From NCBI GenBank assembly GCA_024275955.1, contig JAJRYD010000029.1, forward strand, positions 4,500 through 68,499: a DNA stretch of 64,000 bases, read 5' to 3'. The stretch comes from Nitrospirota bacterium (GTDB lineage Bacteria; Nitrospinota_A; UBA7883; JACRGQ01). Positions 39,869 through 49,862 of this stretch are shown here, in pieces; position 1 is the first letter of the stretch; each line of letters begins with the position of its first letter. The notes beneath the pieces were generated by a model. That model did no database searches. It was not told where the DNA came from and was given only the letters and a program-made list of their open reading frames with translations. Position numbers and translations under genes: made by a program.

Positions 39869-40954
39869 ATGTTCCTTTATAAAGTAAGGTTTCCTCTGCT
39901 TGCTGTCGGTCTGCTCTCGCTTATCGGCGCGCTCTACTCCGGCCTTATAAGGCTCGGTTTCGATCTGCCGTTTATACATTTCGATTTACCGGAGGCGCAT
40001 GGGCCTCTTATGATTGCCGCCTTTCTCGGTACCGTGATAGGGCTGGAAAGGGCTGTAGCGCTAGAGACACCGTGGGGTTATCTATCTCCGCTTCTTGCCG
40101 GTGTTGGCGGTCTGCTGGCATTGCTTGGTGTTTCTAACGGTGCGCCGCAGTTACTTATCTTTCTTTCGAGCATAGTTCTTATCTTGATGTATGCCGTAGT
40201 TCTAAAGCGGCAGTTAGAGTTTTTTAATGTCATCATGGCGCTTGGCGCTGTCTCTCTTTTTATCGGAAACCTTCTCTGGCTATCCGGCGAGCCTATATAC
40301 AACTTTGTGCTTTGGTGGGTAGCGTTTCTTGTGCTGACGATAGCGGGAGAGAGGCTGGAATTAAGCCGTGTGCTTAGCCATAGCAAAAATATTCTCTCTT
40401 TATTTTCTGTTGCTGTTGCTGTTTTTCTTTTAGGTATTGCGTTAGAGCGGTTCTTGCCCGGCATCGGTGTGCGGATAGCAGGCGTTGGTATGATTTTCAT
40501 TTCGCTCTGGCTACTCACCTTCGGTGTTGCAAGAGTTACGGTAAGGCAGAAAGGCCTTACACGGTATGTGGCTGTCTGTCTTTTGGCCGGCTACTTTTGG
40601 CTGATAATCGGCGGAGCTATAGCGGTAGTTGCCGGCGAGCTGGAGCCGGGCTTTGTGTACGACGCATTCTTGCACGCACTCTTTTTAGGCTTTACATTTA
40701 CCATGATTTTCGGGCATGCGCCGATAATCTTTCCGGCGGTATTGCGGATTCCTGTTCCGTATAGAGCCGGCTTTTATTCGCACCTTCTGCTTTTGCATGT
40801 TTCGCTTTCGCTTAGAGTAGGCGGCGATATCTTTGACCTTGACGAACTGCATGTATGGGGAGGGGTCGGCAACGTGGCGGCTCTTATACTATTTCTCGTC
40901 AACACAGTTTCATCGGTTGTAAGAGGTCTTCTGGCAAAACCTGCTAAGGGGTAA
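39869..40954 (+). CDS. Polytopic integral membrane protein of unknown function
   Basis: About ten hydrophobic helices are present. I placed the start at the ATG 8 nt after the DUF59 stop, because the longer ORF overlaps DUF59. Confidence 0.5.
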   Translation: MFLYKVRFPLLAVGLLSLIGALYSGLIRLGFDLPFIHFDLPEAHGPLMIAAFLGTVIGLERAVALETPWGYLSPLLAGVGGLLALLGVSNGAPQLLIFLSSIVLILMYAVVLKRQLEFFNVIMALGAVSLFIGNLLWLSGEPIYNFVLWWVAFLVLTIAGERLELSRVLSHSKNILSLFSVAVAVFLLGIALERFLPGIGVRIAGVGMIFISLWLLTFGVARVTVRQKGLTRYVAVCLLAGYFWLIIGGAIAVVAGELEPGFVYDAFLHALFLGFTFTMIFGHAPIIFPAVLRIPVPYRAGFYSHLLLLHVSLSLRVGGDIFDLDELHVWGGVGNVAALILFLVNTVSSVVRGLLAKPAKG

Positions 40955-41077
40955 AGGGGGGGCTGGTCTGCTTTGTTCGTTCATCCAGCTTCAAGCGGTA
41001 AGCTGGATTTTCTCTCATATTTGCTGATAAACTTACCGCGTGGCTGTTAAGGAAATAGTATAAGGGAATAAAGAAGT

Positions 41078-42331
41078 ATGAGCCAGAATTTACGACCGAT
41101 AATCGAGCGCTATAAAAAGGATGGGGAGGCTGTTTATAACACTTGGTTTGTAAATAACGACGAGCGTCTCAAAGCGTTTCGTTCTATTAGGAGAGGCGTG
41201 CAGGATGTTATACGGGATATAAAAGAGAAAAATTTTGGGAATGACTTTAAAGGCTCTTCACTGGAGTTTGTCTTAAACTGTATTACAGAGCAAAAACAGG
41301 TTTTCATCGGCGCTTCGCATCCGTTTTACTGGAAACCGAAATTACGCATTCCTGATATTTATGAAAATGAGGATAACAAAGCCGCATTTGGACAATTTCT
41401 GGAAAACTGCCATAATTCCATCAGTGAAGAACAAATCTTAAAGGAAATAATTTTACTTAATCAGCGTAAGATTAAAGGTCTTGGTCCGGCCGTGGCCAAC
41501 ATCTTGTATTTTCTGCACCCAACGATAATTCCGCCTTTCAACACAGCTATAGTGAACGGCTTCAATCGCCTTTTTAAAGAAAAAATAAGACTGGGGTCAT
41601 GGGATGAATATCGGAAAATGCGCGCTGTTATTATGCATACAAATGCCGCCTTCAAGAATGATTTATCGAGCGATCTGGGCGCAATTTCCGGGTTTTTGTT
41701 TGATATCGGTGTTGGAAAAATTCATATCGGTGATGAACATACGCTTTCAGAAAAAGAAAAAACCAAAATTGAAAAGATGGTTAAAAACCGTCACCGCAAG
41801 GTAGTGGCGGAAAATGAAGAGGAAGATATCCATACAGAGATGCAGTACCATCTCTTAAAGATTGGCAATTCACTTGGCTATGATGTTATTAGCGCCTCAA
41901 ACGATAGGGCAAAATGCCATAAGGGTAAAAGTTTTTCTTTTATAAGCCTACCAAGCTTTCCTAAATTAGATGTTGGTGTTGATAAAGATACATTCAAAAC
42001 TATAGCTTTGATTGACGCTGTCTGGTTTAAAAAAGGCTCGAACAACATTGTATGTGCGTTTGAAGTGGAAAAGAGTACTTCCATCTATTCAGGAATTTTA
42101 AGATTAAAAGATTTATTCTATACATTTCCTAATAACCGACCGACGCTTTACTTGGTTATTCCCGACAATAGGGAAAAAGAGGTGATGCTACAATTAAACC
42201 GGCCGGCAATCAAAAATGGCGAAGTTGAAGTACGCTATATATTATTTTCCGATTTGAAACTGCATTGTGATTCAATATGCAAACTTGGGGAAAATAAAGA
42301 GATTATGAAAAAAATAGCCAAGGGTCTGTAG
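41078..42331 (+). CDS. Hypothetical protein with a C-terminal PD-(D/E)xK nuclease-like motif; candidate stand-alone defence or restriction-type nuclease
   Basis: A D...ExK core is present (TIALIDAVWF...12 aa...CAFEVEKSTSI). The N-terminal part has an HhH-like IKGLGPAVANILYFLHP. The gene is monocistronic, between a membrane-protein gene and lgt. Its composition is visibly AT-richer than the neighbours. Confidence 0.4.
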   Translation: MSQNLRPIIERYKKDGEAVYNTWFVNNDERLKAFRSIRRGVQDVIRDIKEKNFGNDFKGSSLEFVLNCITEQKQVFIGASHPFYWKPKLRIPDIYENEDNKAAFGQFLENCHNSISEEQILKEIILLNQRKIKGLGPAVANILYFLHPTIIPPFNTAIVNGFNRLFKEKIRLGSWDEYRKMRAVIMHTNAAFKNDLSSDLGAISGFLFDIGVGKIHIGDEHTLSEKEKTKIEKMVKNRHRKVVAENEEEDIHTEMQYHLLKIGNSLGYDVISASNDRAKCHKGKSFSFISLPSFPKLDVGVDKDTFKTIALIDAVWFKKGSNNIVCAFEVEKSTSIYSGILRLKDLFYTFPNNRPTLYLVIPDNREKEVMLQLNRPAIKNGEVEVRYILFSDLKLHCDSICKLGENKEIMKKIAKGL

Positions 42332-42387
42332 GGAAGACAACATAAGGAAGGAGTATCCCTCGACATCGGTCTCCGTTTTTATAAAAC

Positions 42388-43164
42388 CTACCCCTCTGCT
42401 TCCTCATCATGCTTGCTCTTTGCCAAAAGTTTGGCATAAAGGGCGGAGGCTACGGCGAGGGCAACTATGGCAACAGCTTGCGAAGTGCTAAATGGGCCGA
42501 TAAAACCGCGAGGGTCTCCCCGATATATTTCTATAGTAAACCTGCCGATTGCGTAGAGAATCATCCATAGCAAAAATATCTGCCCTTTAAATTGTCTGAA
42601 CCGTCTTACAGATATCAAAATAAGAAAGATTACCAATTCGTTTAGCGCCATGTAGAGCTGGGTTGGGTGTAGCGGTACGTTTAGCGGCGCGAGCGACGCG
42701 GGGTGCGTAAAGATTACGCTCCATGCCACATCGCTGACATCGCCGTAACAGCATCCGGCGCCGAAACAGCCGAGCCTCCCAAACATATGCCCAAGTGCTA
42801 GGGCAGGGGCTATAATGTCTGCCATCTTCCATGCTTCTATATTATGTTTTCTTACAAACCAGATGCTTGTGACTACCGAGCCGATGAACCCGCCGTAAAA
42901 GACAAGCCCGCCCTCCCATACCATAAAAACTTTTAGCGGGTTATGGATGTAGCTTGGCCATTCTATAAGCACATACATAATGCGCGCGCCTACAAGCGCC
43001 GAGAGTACTATATAGAAAGCTAGGTCTAGTGCTTTTTCTGGGTCTTCGCCTTCGGTTTTTGCTCTGCTGGCCATAAGGAAAGAGGCGACGAGAAAGCCTG
43101 TGGCGGCCATAAGGCCGTATGAATAAAGTTTTAGCGGGCCAATCTCGAATATTACAGGTAACAT
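42388..43164 (-). CDS. lgt: Prolipoprotein diacylglyceryl transferase
   Basis: The N-terminus reads LPVIFEIGPLKLYSYGLM and the Lgt signature G..GN..N.E..G is present (GRLGCFGAGCCYG). Confidence 0.9.
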   Translation of the reverse strand: MLPVIFEIGPLKLYSYGLMAATGFLVASFLMASRAKTEGEDPEKALDLAFYIVLSALVGARIMYVLIEWPSYIHNPLKVFMVWEGGLVFYGGFIGSVVTSIWFVRKHNIEAWKMADIIAPALALGHMFGRLGCFGAGCCYGDVSDVAWSVIFTHPASLAPLNVPLHPTQLYMALNELVIFLILISVRRFRQFKGQIFLLWMILYAIGRFTIEIYRGDPRGFIGPFSTSQAVAIVALAVASALYAKLLAKSKHDEEAEG

Positions 43165-44111
43165 CAGGCTAATAGTATCTTGAGCGCGCCTGTTTTTCCA
43201 GCTTCTTCAAACGCCTTCAAACCTTTCTCCAGCCGATATGTTTTTTGTATAAGCTCTTTTACTTTTACCCCTTTTTGTTCCAGAAGGGCGATGCCTTGCT
43301 CGAACGAACCGCAACGGGAGCCGATTATCGAGATTTCGTCTACGATTATCTGGTTAAGGTCTACATACGGCTGTTCGGCAAGGGTAGACTTTATAACCAG
43401 CTTGCCTCTTGGCTTTATCCGCTCCATAGCGGTAAGGAACCCTTCCTTACTGCCTGTAGCTTCTATCACTACAGAATACTTTTTGTTTGGCAAAAGTTCG
43501 TCCGCTGTTTTGGTGGTGAGGTTGGCCATCTGTATCAGCTCCATCTTTTCCGGGTGTCTGCCGCAAAGCACTACGTCGGCTCTAAGGAACGCAAGAGACT
43601 GCGCTATAAGAAGCCCCAGCTTTCCGTCGCCCAGCACCAGCACATCGTTGTTGATTACCTTTACCTGCTCCGCCACGCGGAAAGCGGCCGATAGAGGTTC
43701 TATAAATACCGCCTCTTCGTCGCTTATGAAATCCGGCACTGTGTGTAGATTTTTTTCCGGCAGTGTCAGCTTTTCGGCGAATGCTCCGTCGCGCCCCAAG
43801 ATGCCGAGTACTGTTCTGTTCTGGCAGTGGTGCTCGTCGTCTATCCGGCATTCGGGGCATTCACCGCATCCGCAGTTTATATCGCCTACCACTCTGCCGC
43901 CGATGAGGGTTTTGTCGTCTGCGTCTTCCACTATGCCGACGAACTCGTGGCCGGGGACTCCTCTAAAGTTCATGTAACCTTTGGTAAGCTCCAGATCTGT
44001 TCTGCAGATGCCCCGCAGAGTGACTTTTATAAGCGCTTCGCCTTTTGCTCTTTGCGGTTCGGGCAGGTCTGTGCGGTATGTCAGTTTGCCGTCGTAGTAG
44101 ATTGCGTTCAT
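43164..44111 (-). CDS. Zinc-dependent alcohol/threonine-type dehydrogenase (MDR family)
   Basis: It has the catalytic Zn site GHEFVGIV, the structural Zn site CGCGECPECR, and a Rossmann VLVLGDGKLG motif. Confidence 0.85.
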   Translation of the reverse strand: MNAIYYDGKLTYRTDLPEPQRAKGEALIKVTLRGICRTDLELTKGYMNFRGVPGHEFVGIVEDADDKTLIGGRVVGDINCGCGECPECRIDDEHHCQNRTVLGILGRDGAFAEKLTLPEKNLHTVPDFISDEEAVFIEPLSAAFRVAEQVKVINNDVLVLGDGKLGLLIAQSLAFLRADVVLCGRHPEKMELIQMANLTTKTADELLPNKKYSVVIEATGSKEGFLTAMERIKPRGKLVIKSTLAEQPYVDLNQIIVDEISIIGSRCGSFEQGIALLEQKGVKVKELIQKTYRLEKGLKAFEEAGKTGALKILLA

Positions 44112-44120
44112 TATGTTTTC

Positions 44121-44867
44121 CTATTTGATGGAGTATGTTTTGAACCTGCTAAGGGCGACATCCATACGCACATCGGAATAGGTTTTCGGTGTGCCGATAT
44201 CTGCCCAGTAGCCTGTATGGTTGTAAGTATATATAGGTTTGCCGGTTTCTACCAGCTTGGGGTAAACTTCTGTAGAGATATCTACCCTCCTGCCTGCCGG
44301 TATGTAGTCAAAAATTTCTGCTGAGAAGATAGCTACTCCGGTAAACATTTTCTGCTTTGGCTCTACGTTACCGGCTTTGTAGCCCGGCATGGTGGTATCT
44401 AAAAAGCGCGCCAGCCTGCCGTTTGTATCTGCCGCCAAAGTTCCTATCTTGCCGGGGTTTGGGTTGTCCCGCAGTGCCAGTGTCGCTACCGCGCTGTTTG
44501 ATTCGTGGATTTTTAGCATTTCGTCGAGGTTTATGTCGTGCAGTATGTCGCTGTTTATAACGGCAAAAGTGGAGCCTGCAAGAAAGCTCTCGGCGCCTTT
44601 TATGCCGCCCGCGGTACCCATAATCTCCTCTTCCTCTACTATATGGAGTGTAACCTTATCCCTCACCCCCCAAGAAAGTTCCTTTAGTATCAAGTGGCGG
44701 AGGTGGTGGATATTTATCGCGATATCTTTTATGCCGTAGTGCGTAAGGTAGCCTATGCTGTTTCTTATCATGTTGGTTGTGCCTATGGAGAAGAGCGGTT
44801 TTGGCAATCTGTCGGTTTCTGGTCTTAGACGTATGCCGTAACCGGCGGCGAGAATCATTCCTTTCAT
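44121..44867 (-). CDS. Sugar-phosphate nucleotidyltransferase (NTP-transferase domain)
   Basis: The N-terminus reads MILAAGYGIRLRPETDRLPKPL, a G-x-G-x-R-L motif. Confidence 0.8.
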   Translation of the reverse strand: MKGMILAAGYGIRLRPETDRLPKPLFSIGTTNMIRNSIGYLTHYGIKDIAINIHHLRHLILKELSWGVRDKVTLHIVEEEEIMGTAGGIKGAESFLAGSTFAVINSDILHDINLDEMLKIHESNSAVATLALRDNPNPGKIGTLAADTNGRLARFLDTTMPGYKAGNVEPKQKMFTGVAIFSAEIFDYIPAGRRVDISTEVYPKLVETGKPIYTYNHTGYWADIGTPKTYSDVRMDVALSRFKTYSIK

Positions 44868-44879
44868 CTAACCTTCTTA

Positions 44880-45563
44880 TTGAATACTGTTTTAAGAAGC
44901 GGTAGCATACCGCATGCTTCATTTAGATGGAAGGGGGATAGGGTGGACTTGATATCTTCCGGCAAGGCGGGGCAGGCCGAGGTGGAGCTGATAGCGATAA
45001 CGCCCAATGCCGATAGGGTTATCGAAAATGCCGGTCGTACCTGCTACCTTTCTCACGATAAAATAAACGAAGAGTCGTCCCGCAAGTTCATAAGAATGCT
45101 TATAAAAAGCGGTCATACTTCGGTTCTGGAGCATGCGTCGGCCACGTTTCGGATAAAAGGCGGCTCAAGGGCTTTTACGCATCAGATAGTAAGACACCGG
45201 ATTGCCTCTTTTTCCCAACAGTCGCAGAGGTATGTAGACGAAAGTGGTTTTGCGTTTATGATACCGCCCTCAATTGCCGAGAATGACGAGGCGAAAACAC
45301 TTTATGACAGGCATCTAAAGCAAAGCCAAGAAGTTTACCAAAAGCTCAAAGCGATGAAGATACGAAAAGAAGATGCCCGCTATGTACTCCCAAACGCTGT
45401 TACCTCCGAAATTGTGGTTTCTGCCAATTTTCGTGAATGGCGGCACCTTATTGGCCTTAGGGTCGATAAATCAGCACAATGGGAGATTAGAGAGATATGC
45501 TCCGAAATATTGCGTCAGCTTTTTGCCCAAGTTCCGCCTATTTTTGAAGATATGCTTGAATGA
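44880..45563 (+). CDS. thyX: Flavin-dependent thymidylate synthase
   Basis: The ThyX signature RHRIASFSQQSQRY (RHRxxSxxxxSxR) is present. The annotated start is only 12 nt from the divergent neighbour's start, so the true start may be an internal GTG or TTG. Confidence 0.85.
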   Translation: MNTVLRSGSIPHASFRWKGDRVDLISSGKAGQAEVELIAITPNADRVIENAGRTCYLSHDKINEESSRKFIRMLIKSGHTSVLEHASATFRIKGGSRAFTHQIVRHRIASFSQQSQRYVDESGFAFMIPPSIAENDEAKTLYDRHLKQSQEVYQKLKAMKIRKEDARYVLPNAVTSEIVVSANFREWRHLIGLRVDKSAQWEIREICSEILRQLFAQVPPIFEDMLE

Positions 45564-45704
45564 GCATCTTCAAATCAATAGTATAAAGGGTAGGTTCATT
45601 TGTTGGCTTTACCGTAGGCTTGCCTTGCCTCTGGTTTTGGCCTGTGCAAATGGTCTGTCCTATTCTCGCGCGCTAGGCCGGTTTTTTGTGGGGTAAGAAT
45701 TGTA

Positions 45705-47975
45705 GTGTCCGCCCAAATAATTGAAAAACTCGATAAGCTCGCTATGCACCTTATGATGATAGACGAGTATCTTGGCGATCTTTTGCAGACCTCTGAAGCT
45801 AGTAGCATGGCTGACGAAGTTAAGGTACTGCTCGCCTCTACAGAACCACTCCAGCTTGTCGGTATTTTTGATGGAGTTTCTCAGCTGTTCGAAAAATTTC
45901 TGCTCGATTCCAGCTCCGGTAAAGGCCCTGACGCAATAAGACTTACTAATGAAGGGATAAATATTGTCAAAGATGTGCTTGGCGGAACCTCCGCTTTTGA
46001 GGACGTAAAAGATAAGTTCAATGCTCTTATCGGAGAGTTTAAGTCGGTTTTCGAAATTGAAGTTGAGGTTTTCCCTGTAGGGTCTGGCAGTGTGCCGCCT
46101 GCGCCGAAAAAGCCGGTAGAAACAGTGCCTCCTAAAGAGGAAGCCAAAGCAGATGGTGAAGGTAAGCGTACAGAGCTGGTTCTTCTGGACGAAAACGATG
46201 TCGAAATTTTCGATGGTTTTCTTGAGGAATCTTCTGAAAGTTTAGGAAAGGTGGAGGATTACCTTATCGAGCTTGAAGAAGACGCGAAGAATATGGAGAT
46301 AGTAAACTCTCTGTTTCGGATTTTTCACAGCCTTAAAGGCGCGGCCGGTTTTCTTGGTATGACCGAGGTAAACTTTCTTTGCCACCAGACCGAAAACATG
46401 CTGGATCAGGCCCGCAAGTCTATGCTCGATATTGATGCCGAGGTAATAGACATACTTCTTGCTTCAAAGGATTTGCTTGAAAAGGGGCTTCATTTTCTTC
46501 ACGACTTACTTAGCGAAGGAAGGGAAAAGCTTCCTAACTTTAGGGGAGAGTGCGACCCACTTGATGTTAAGCCGATAGTGGAGCTTATCGACAGGAAGCT
46601 TTACCTCGCTTCTATGGAAGATGATGACGATACGGGGCCTCCGAAGCTTGGACAGATTTTAGTAGAGCAAAAAGCGGTTTCCCCCGCGAAGCTGGAAGCG
46701 GCGCTGACCCAAAAATCGAAGCCTGTTGGTGAAGTTCTTGTCGAGATGGGGGTTCCAAGAAAAGATGTAGATAAAGCTGTTGCCACACAAGGCGCGAAAA
46801 AGAAAGAGTTCAAATCCTCCTCTGTCAAAGTAGACACTTCTAAGCTGAACATTTTGCTGGACCTTGTGGGTGAGCTTGTTATTTCGCAGTCGATTATTTC
46901 GCAGAATAAGGCTCTTGCCTCAGACACGAACGCGCGGCTTTCTAAGGATATTTCGGAGATGGCCAAAATTACCGACGGGATACAGGATCATATAATGAGC
47001 CTTAGAATGGTGCCGTTAAAGCAGACTTTCGGCAAAATGAATAGGCTGGTAAGAGACCTTTCTAGGAAAACCAATAAGCGTGTAACTCTTGAAGTAGATG
47101 GGGAAGATACCGAAATAGATAAAACCATAGTAGACCAGCTAAACGACCCGCTTGTGCATATCCTTCGGAATTCGGTTGATCACGGCATAGACACTGTGGA
47201 GGAGAGAATCGCCGCCGGCAAAAGCCCCGAAGGTACCGTTACCTTAAGCGCTTACCACAAAGGCGGTAACGTCGTAATAGAAATCAAGGACGACGGGAGA
47301 GGCTTGAACCTTGCGAAGCTGAAGGCAAAAGGTGTTGAAAAAGGCTTTTTTACCTAAGACGGAGAATACAGTGATGAGGAGCTTATAGAGGTAATCTTCA
47401 GGCCGGGGCTTTCTACCCACGCGGTAGCGACAGACCTTTCTGGCCGAGGTGTCGGTATGGATGTGGTGAGGAGAAATGTCGATAGCCTTGGCGGGCGTGT
47501 GGAAGTTCAGACGGTTTTGGGGGAAGGTAGCACCTTTCTTATCAGGCTTCCTCTTACGATGGCTATCGTCGATGGTATGTTAGTGCAGGTTGGAAGCGAG
47601 AGATATATAATCCCTACCATATCAATCAGCGAGTCTATAAGGCCAAAAGCGGAGCAGTTTACGAGGGTTATTGGAAAGGGCGAGATGCTCAATGTAAGGG
47701 GAGAGATGATACAGCTGGTACGCCTGCACGATCTTTTTGGAATACAAAACGGAGATAAGGATATTTCCGAAAGTCTTGTTATAATTGTCAACACTGATAA
47801 CGACAAAAGAGGTCTTTTGGTAGATGATCTGTTGGGCCAGCAACAGGTGGTGATTAAAAACCTCGACAAACGGTTGCAGGGGATAAAAGGTTTTTCAGGC
47901 AGTTCCATACTGGGTGACGGGCTTGTTGGCCTTATCCTTGATATCGGCGGTATTTTTAAGTTGGCTTCTTCGTGA
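45705..47975 (+). pseudogene. cheA: Chemotaxis histidine kinase CheA (copy 1) interrupted by a single in-frame TAA at 47355-47357
   Basis: ORFs 45705..47357 and 47457..47975 are in the same frame, with no other stop between them. The join (..EKGFFT*DGEYSDEELIEVIFRPGLST..GRGVGMDVV) aligns with the intact paralogue (..EKGVLNQAQGSAMSDEEVFNLIFHPGFST..GRGVGMDVV). Domains present are a roughly 170-aa N-terminal extension, P1 Hpt (FHSLKGAAG), P3, P4 HATPase (HILRNSVDHGID) and P5 CheW-like. Confidence 0.7.
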
Positions 47976-48043
47976 ACTGCTTTGGTGTATAATGGAGCGG
48001 ATTCGGGTTTCTCTAGGATTGATAGTTTTGTTAGGAGGTAGAG

Positions 48044-48577
48044 ATGGAAGAATTAGCTGACACTAATAAGTCGTCGGTAGAAACGGCAAATGCCAAAATA
48101 CAGTCCTCCGATGCTAATAGTCAGGAGGGGAAGTATCTTACCTTTGTTCTGTCTGACGAGGAATATGGGCTGGAAATTTTAAAAGTCCGTGAAATTATTA
48201 GTGTTATGGAAATCACTGAGGTGCCTCAGGTACCAGACTATATAAAAGGTGTCATCAATCTTAGGGGCAGGGTTATCCCTGTTATAGACCTCAGGCTGAA
48301 GTTTGGGATGCCGGCGATAGAGTATACCCGTGAGACCTGCATAATCGTGGTAAATGTACTTGATATTCTTCTTGGAATTGTTGTTGATACCGTTGCGGAG
48401 GTGTTGGATATCTCGTCGGCAGATATCGACCCATCTCCGGCTTTTGGAGGTTCTGTCGATACCGACTTTATTCTTGGTATGGGGAAGGTGAAGGGAAAAG
48501 TTAAGATACTTCTCGATATTGACAGAGTACTGTCTGTAGCCGAATTGGAAACGGTAAGGCAGGCCGATTCTACTTAG
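48044..48577 (+). CDS. cheW: Chemotaxis coupling protein CheW
   Basis: It is a single CheW-like domain (YLTFVLSDEEYGLEILKVREI...VINLRGRVIPVIDLR). Confidence 0.9.
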   Translation: MEELADTNKSSVETANAKIQSSDANSQEGKYLTFVLSDEEYGLEILKVREIISVMEITEVPQVPDYIKGVINLRGRVIPVIDLRLKFGMPAIEYTRETCIIVVNVLDILLGIVVDTVAEVLDISSADIDPSPAFGGSVDTDFILGMGKVKGKVKILLDIDRVLSVAELETVRQADST

Positions 48578-48705
48578 GCATAGAATACTGTTTTTAGGTG
48601 ACGGCAAGGCTCTTTTGTCGAGAAGGTCGGGTTTGTCGTTGTTTTCATGCTGTAAAGCCGGGTTCGTTGAGCTTTGCTTTAAGCGAGTAGAAATTAAATT
48701 ATAAA

Positions 48706-49581
48706 ATGAGTCTTTTTTCGTCAGCAACAGGTGGTCATCTGAAAGCAGAATTAAAAGATCTTACTGATGAAGACTTTGATCTTTTCCGCCGTCTCATTTA
48801 CGAACAGTCCGGTATTTCACTAAATGATACCAAGAAGGAACTGCTACGCACAAGGCTCCGCTCCAGGCTGATAAGGGAGGGGTATAGGTCGTACAGGGAG
48901 TACTACAGCTTTATAAAAAAAGACCAGACAGGCAATGCGATAGTGCCTCTGCTTGATGACATTTCGACGAACCTCACTTCGTTTTTTCGGGAAATAAACC
49001 ATTTCAGTTTTCTTGATACCGTTATCCCCAAGATGATAGCCGAAAAGGAAAAGAAGCGCGACAGCACTTTTCGTATATGGAGTGCCGGCTGTTCGTCGGG
49101 GGAGGAGGTCTACTCACTTCTTTTTACGATGCAGGCTCATTTAAAGAACAAAAAACCGGAGTGGAACCTTAAGATGCTCGCTACCGATATTTCGACAGAT
49201 ATACTCCAAAAAGCTAGCAACGGACTCTACGATGTAAAACGAGTGGACGCAGTGCCGCCGTATATGGTTAAGAAATATTTTGTAAAAGAGCTTGGCCCTA
49301 AAGGCAGAGAGATGATGCGTATCAAGCCGGAATATAGGCAGATTGTTACTTTCCGAAGATTTAACCTAATGACAGAAAACTTTCCATTTAAGCATCAGTT
49401 CGACTATATTTTCTGCCGCAATGTTATGATCTACTTCGATAAGCCGACACAGGAGGTTCTGGTGTCCAAATATCACAAACTTTTAAAGCCCAACGGATAC
49501 CTTTTTATCGGGCATTCTGAGAGCCTGACAGGGCTTAATCATAGTTTTAGGTACGCCCAGCCTACGATTTACCAAAAATAG
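48706..49581 (+). CDS. cheR: Chemotaxis methyltransferase CheR (second copy)
   Basis: It has the CheR N-terminal domain and the SAM-binding domain (IWSAGCSSGEEVYSL). Confidence 0.9.
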   Translation: MSLFSSATGGHLKAELKDLTDEDFDLFRRLIYEQSGISLNDTKKELLRTRLRSRLIREGYRSYREYYSFIKKDQTGNAIVPLLDDISTNLTSFFREINHFSFLDTVIPKMIAEKEKKRDSTFRIWSAGCSSGEEVYSLLFTMQAHLKNKKPEWNLKMLATDISTDILQKASNGLYDVKRVDAVPPYMVKKYFVKELGPKGREMMRIKPEYRQIVTFRRFNLMTENFPFKHQFDYIFCRNVMIYFDKPTQEVLVSKYHKLLKPNGYLFIGHSESLTGLNHSFRYAQPTIYQK

Positions 49582-49862
49582 AAGCATGGGATACAAGTTG
49601 CGCGAAATACGGAATTTTCATCTGGAAGCTATCGCTTCTCTATTTTTAAAGTGTAAAGATTTTTTCCAATATTATATAAATAATCATAGTTCAATAGTGG
49701 TTATGATTGCTAGAATGACTGACCGATAGGTTTACTTAAGATATAATTTTAGAAGTATGGGTGCCTTTGACAGTTAGCTGGAAAGGACGGATTGTAGCTA
49801 AGTATAAATGTTTAAAAACTCTTTGTTAAATTTGTTGCAAAGTATCGCTGGGGAGTCTTGGT

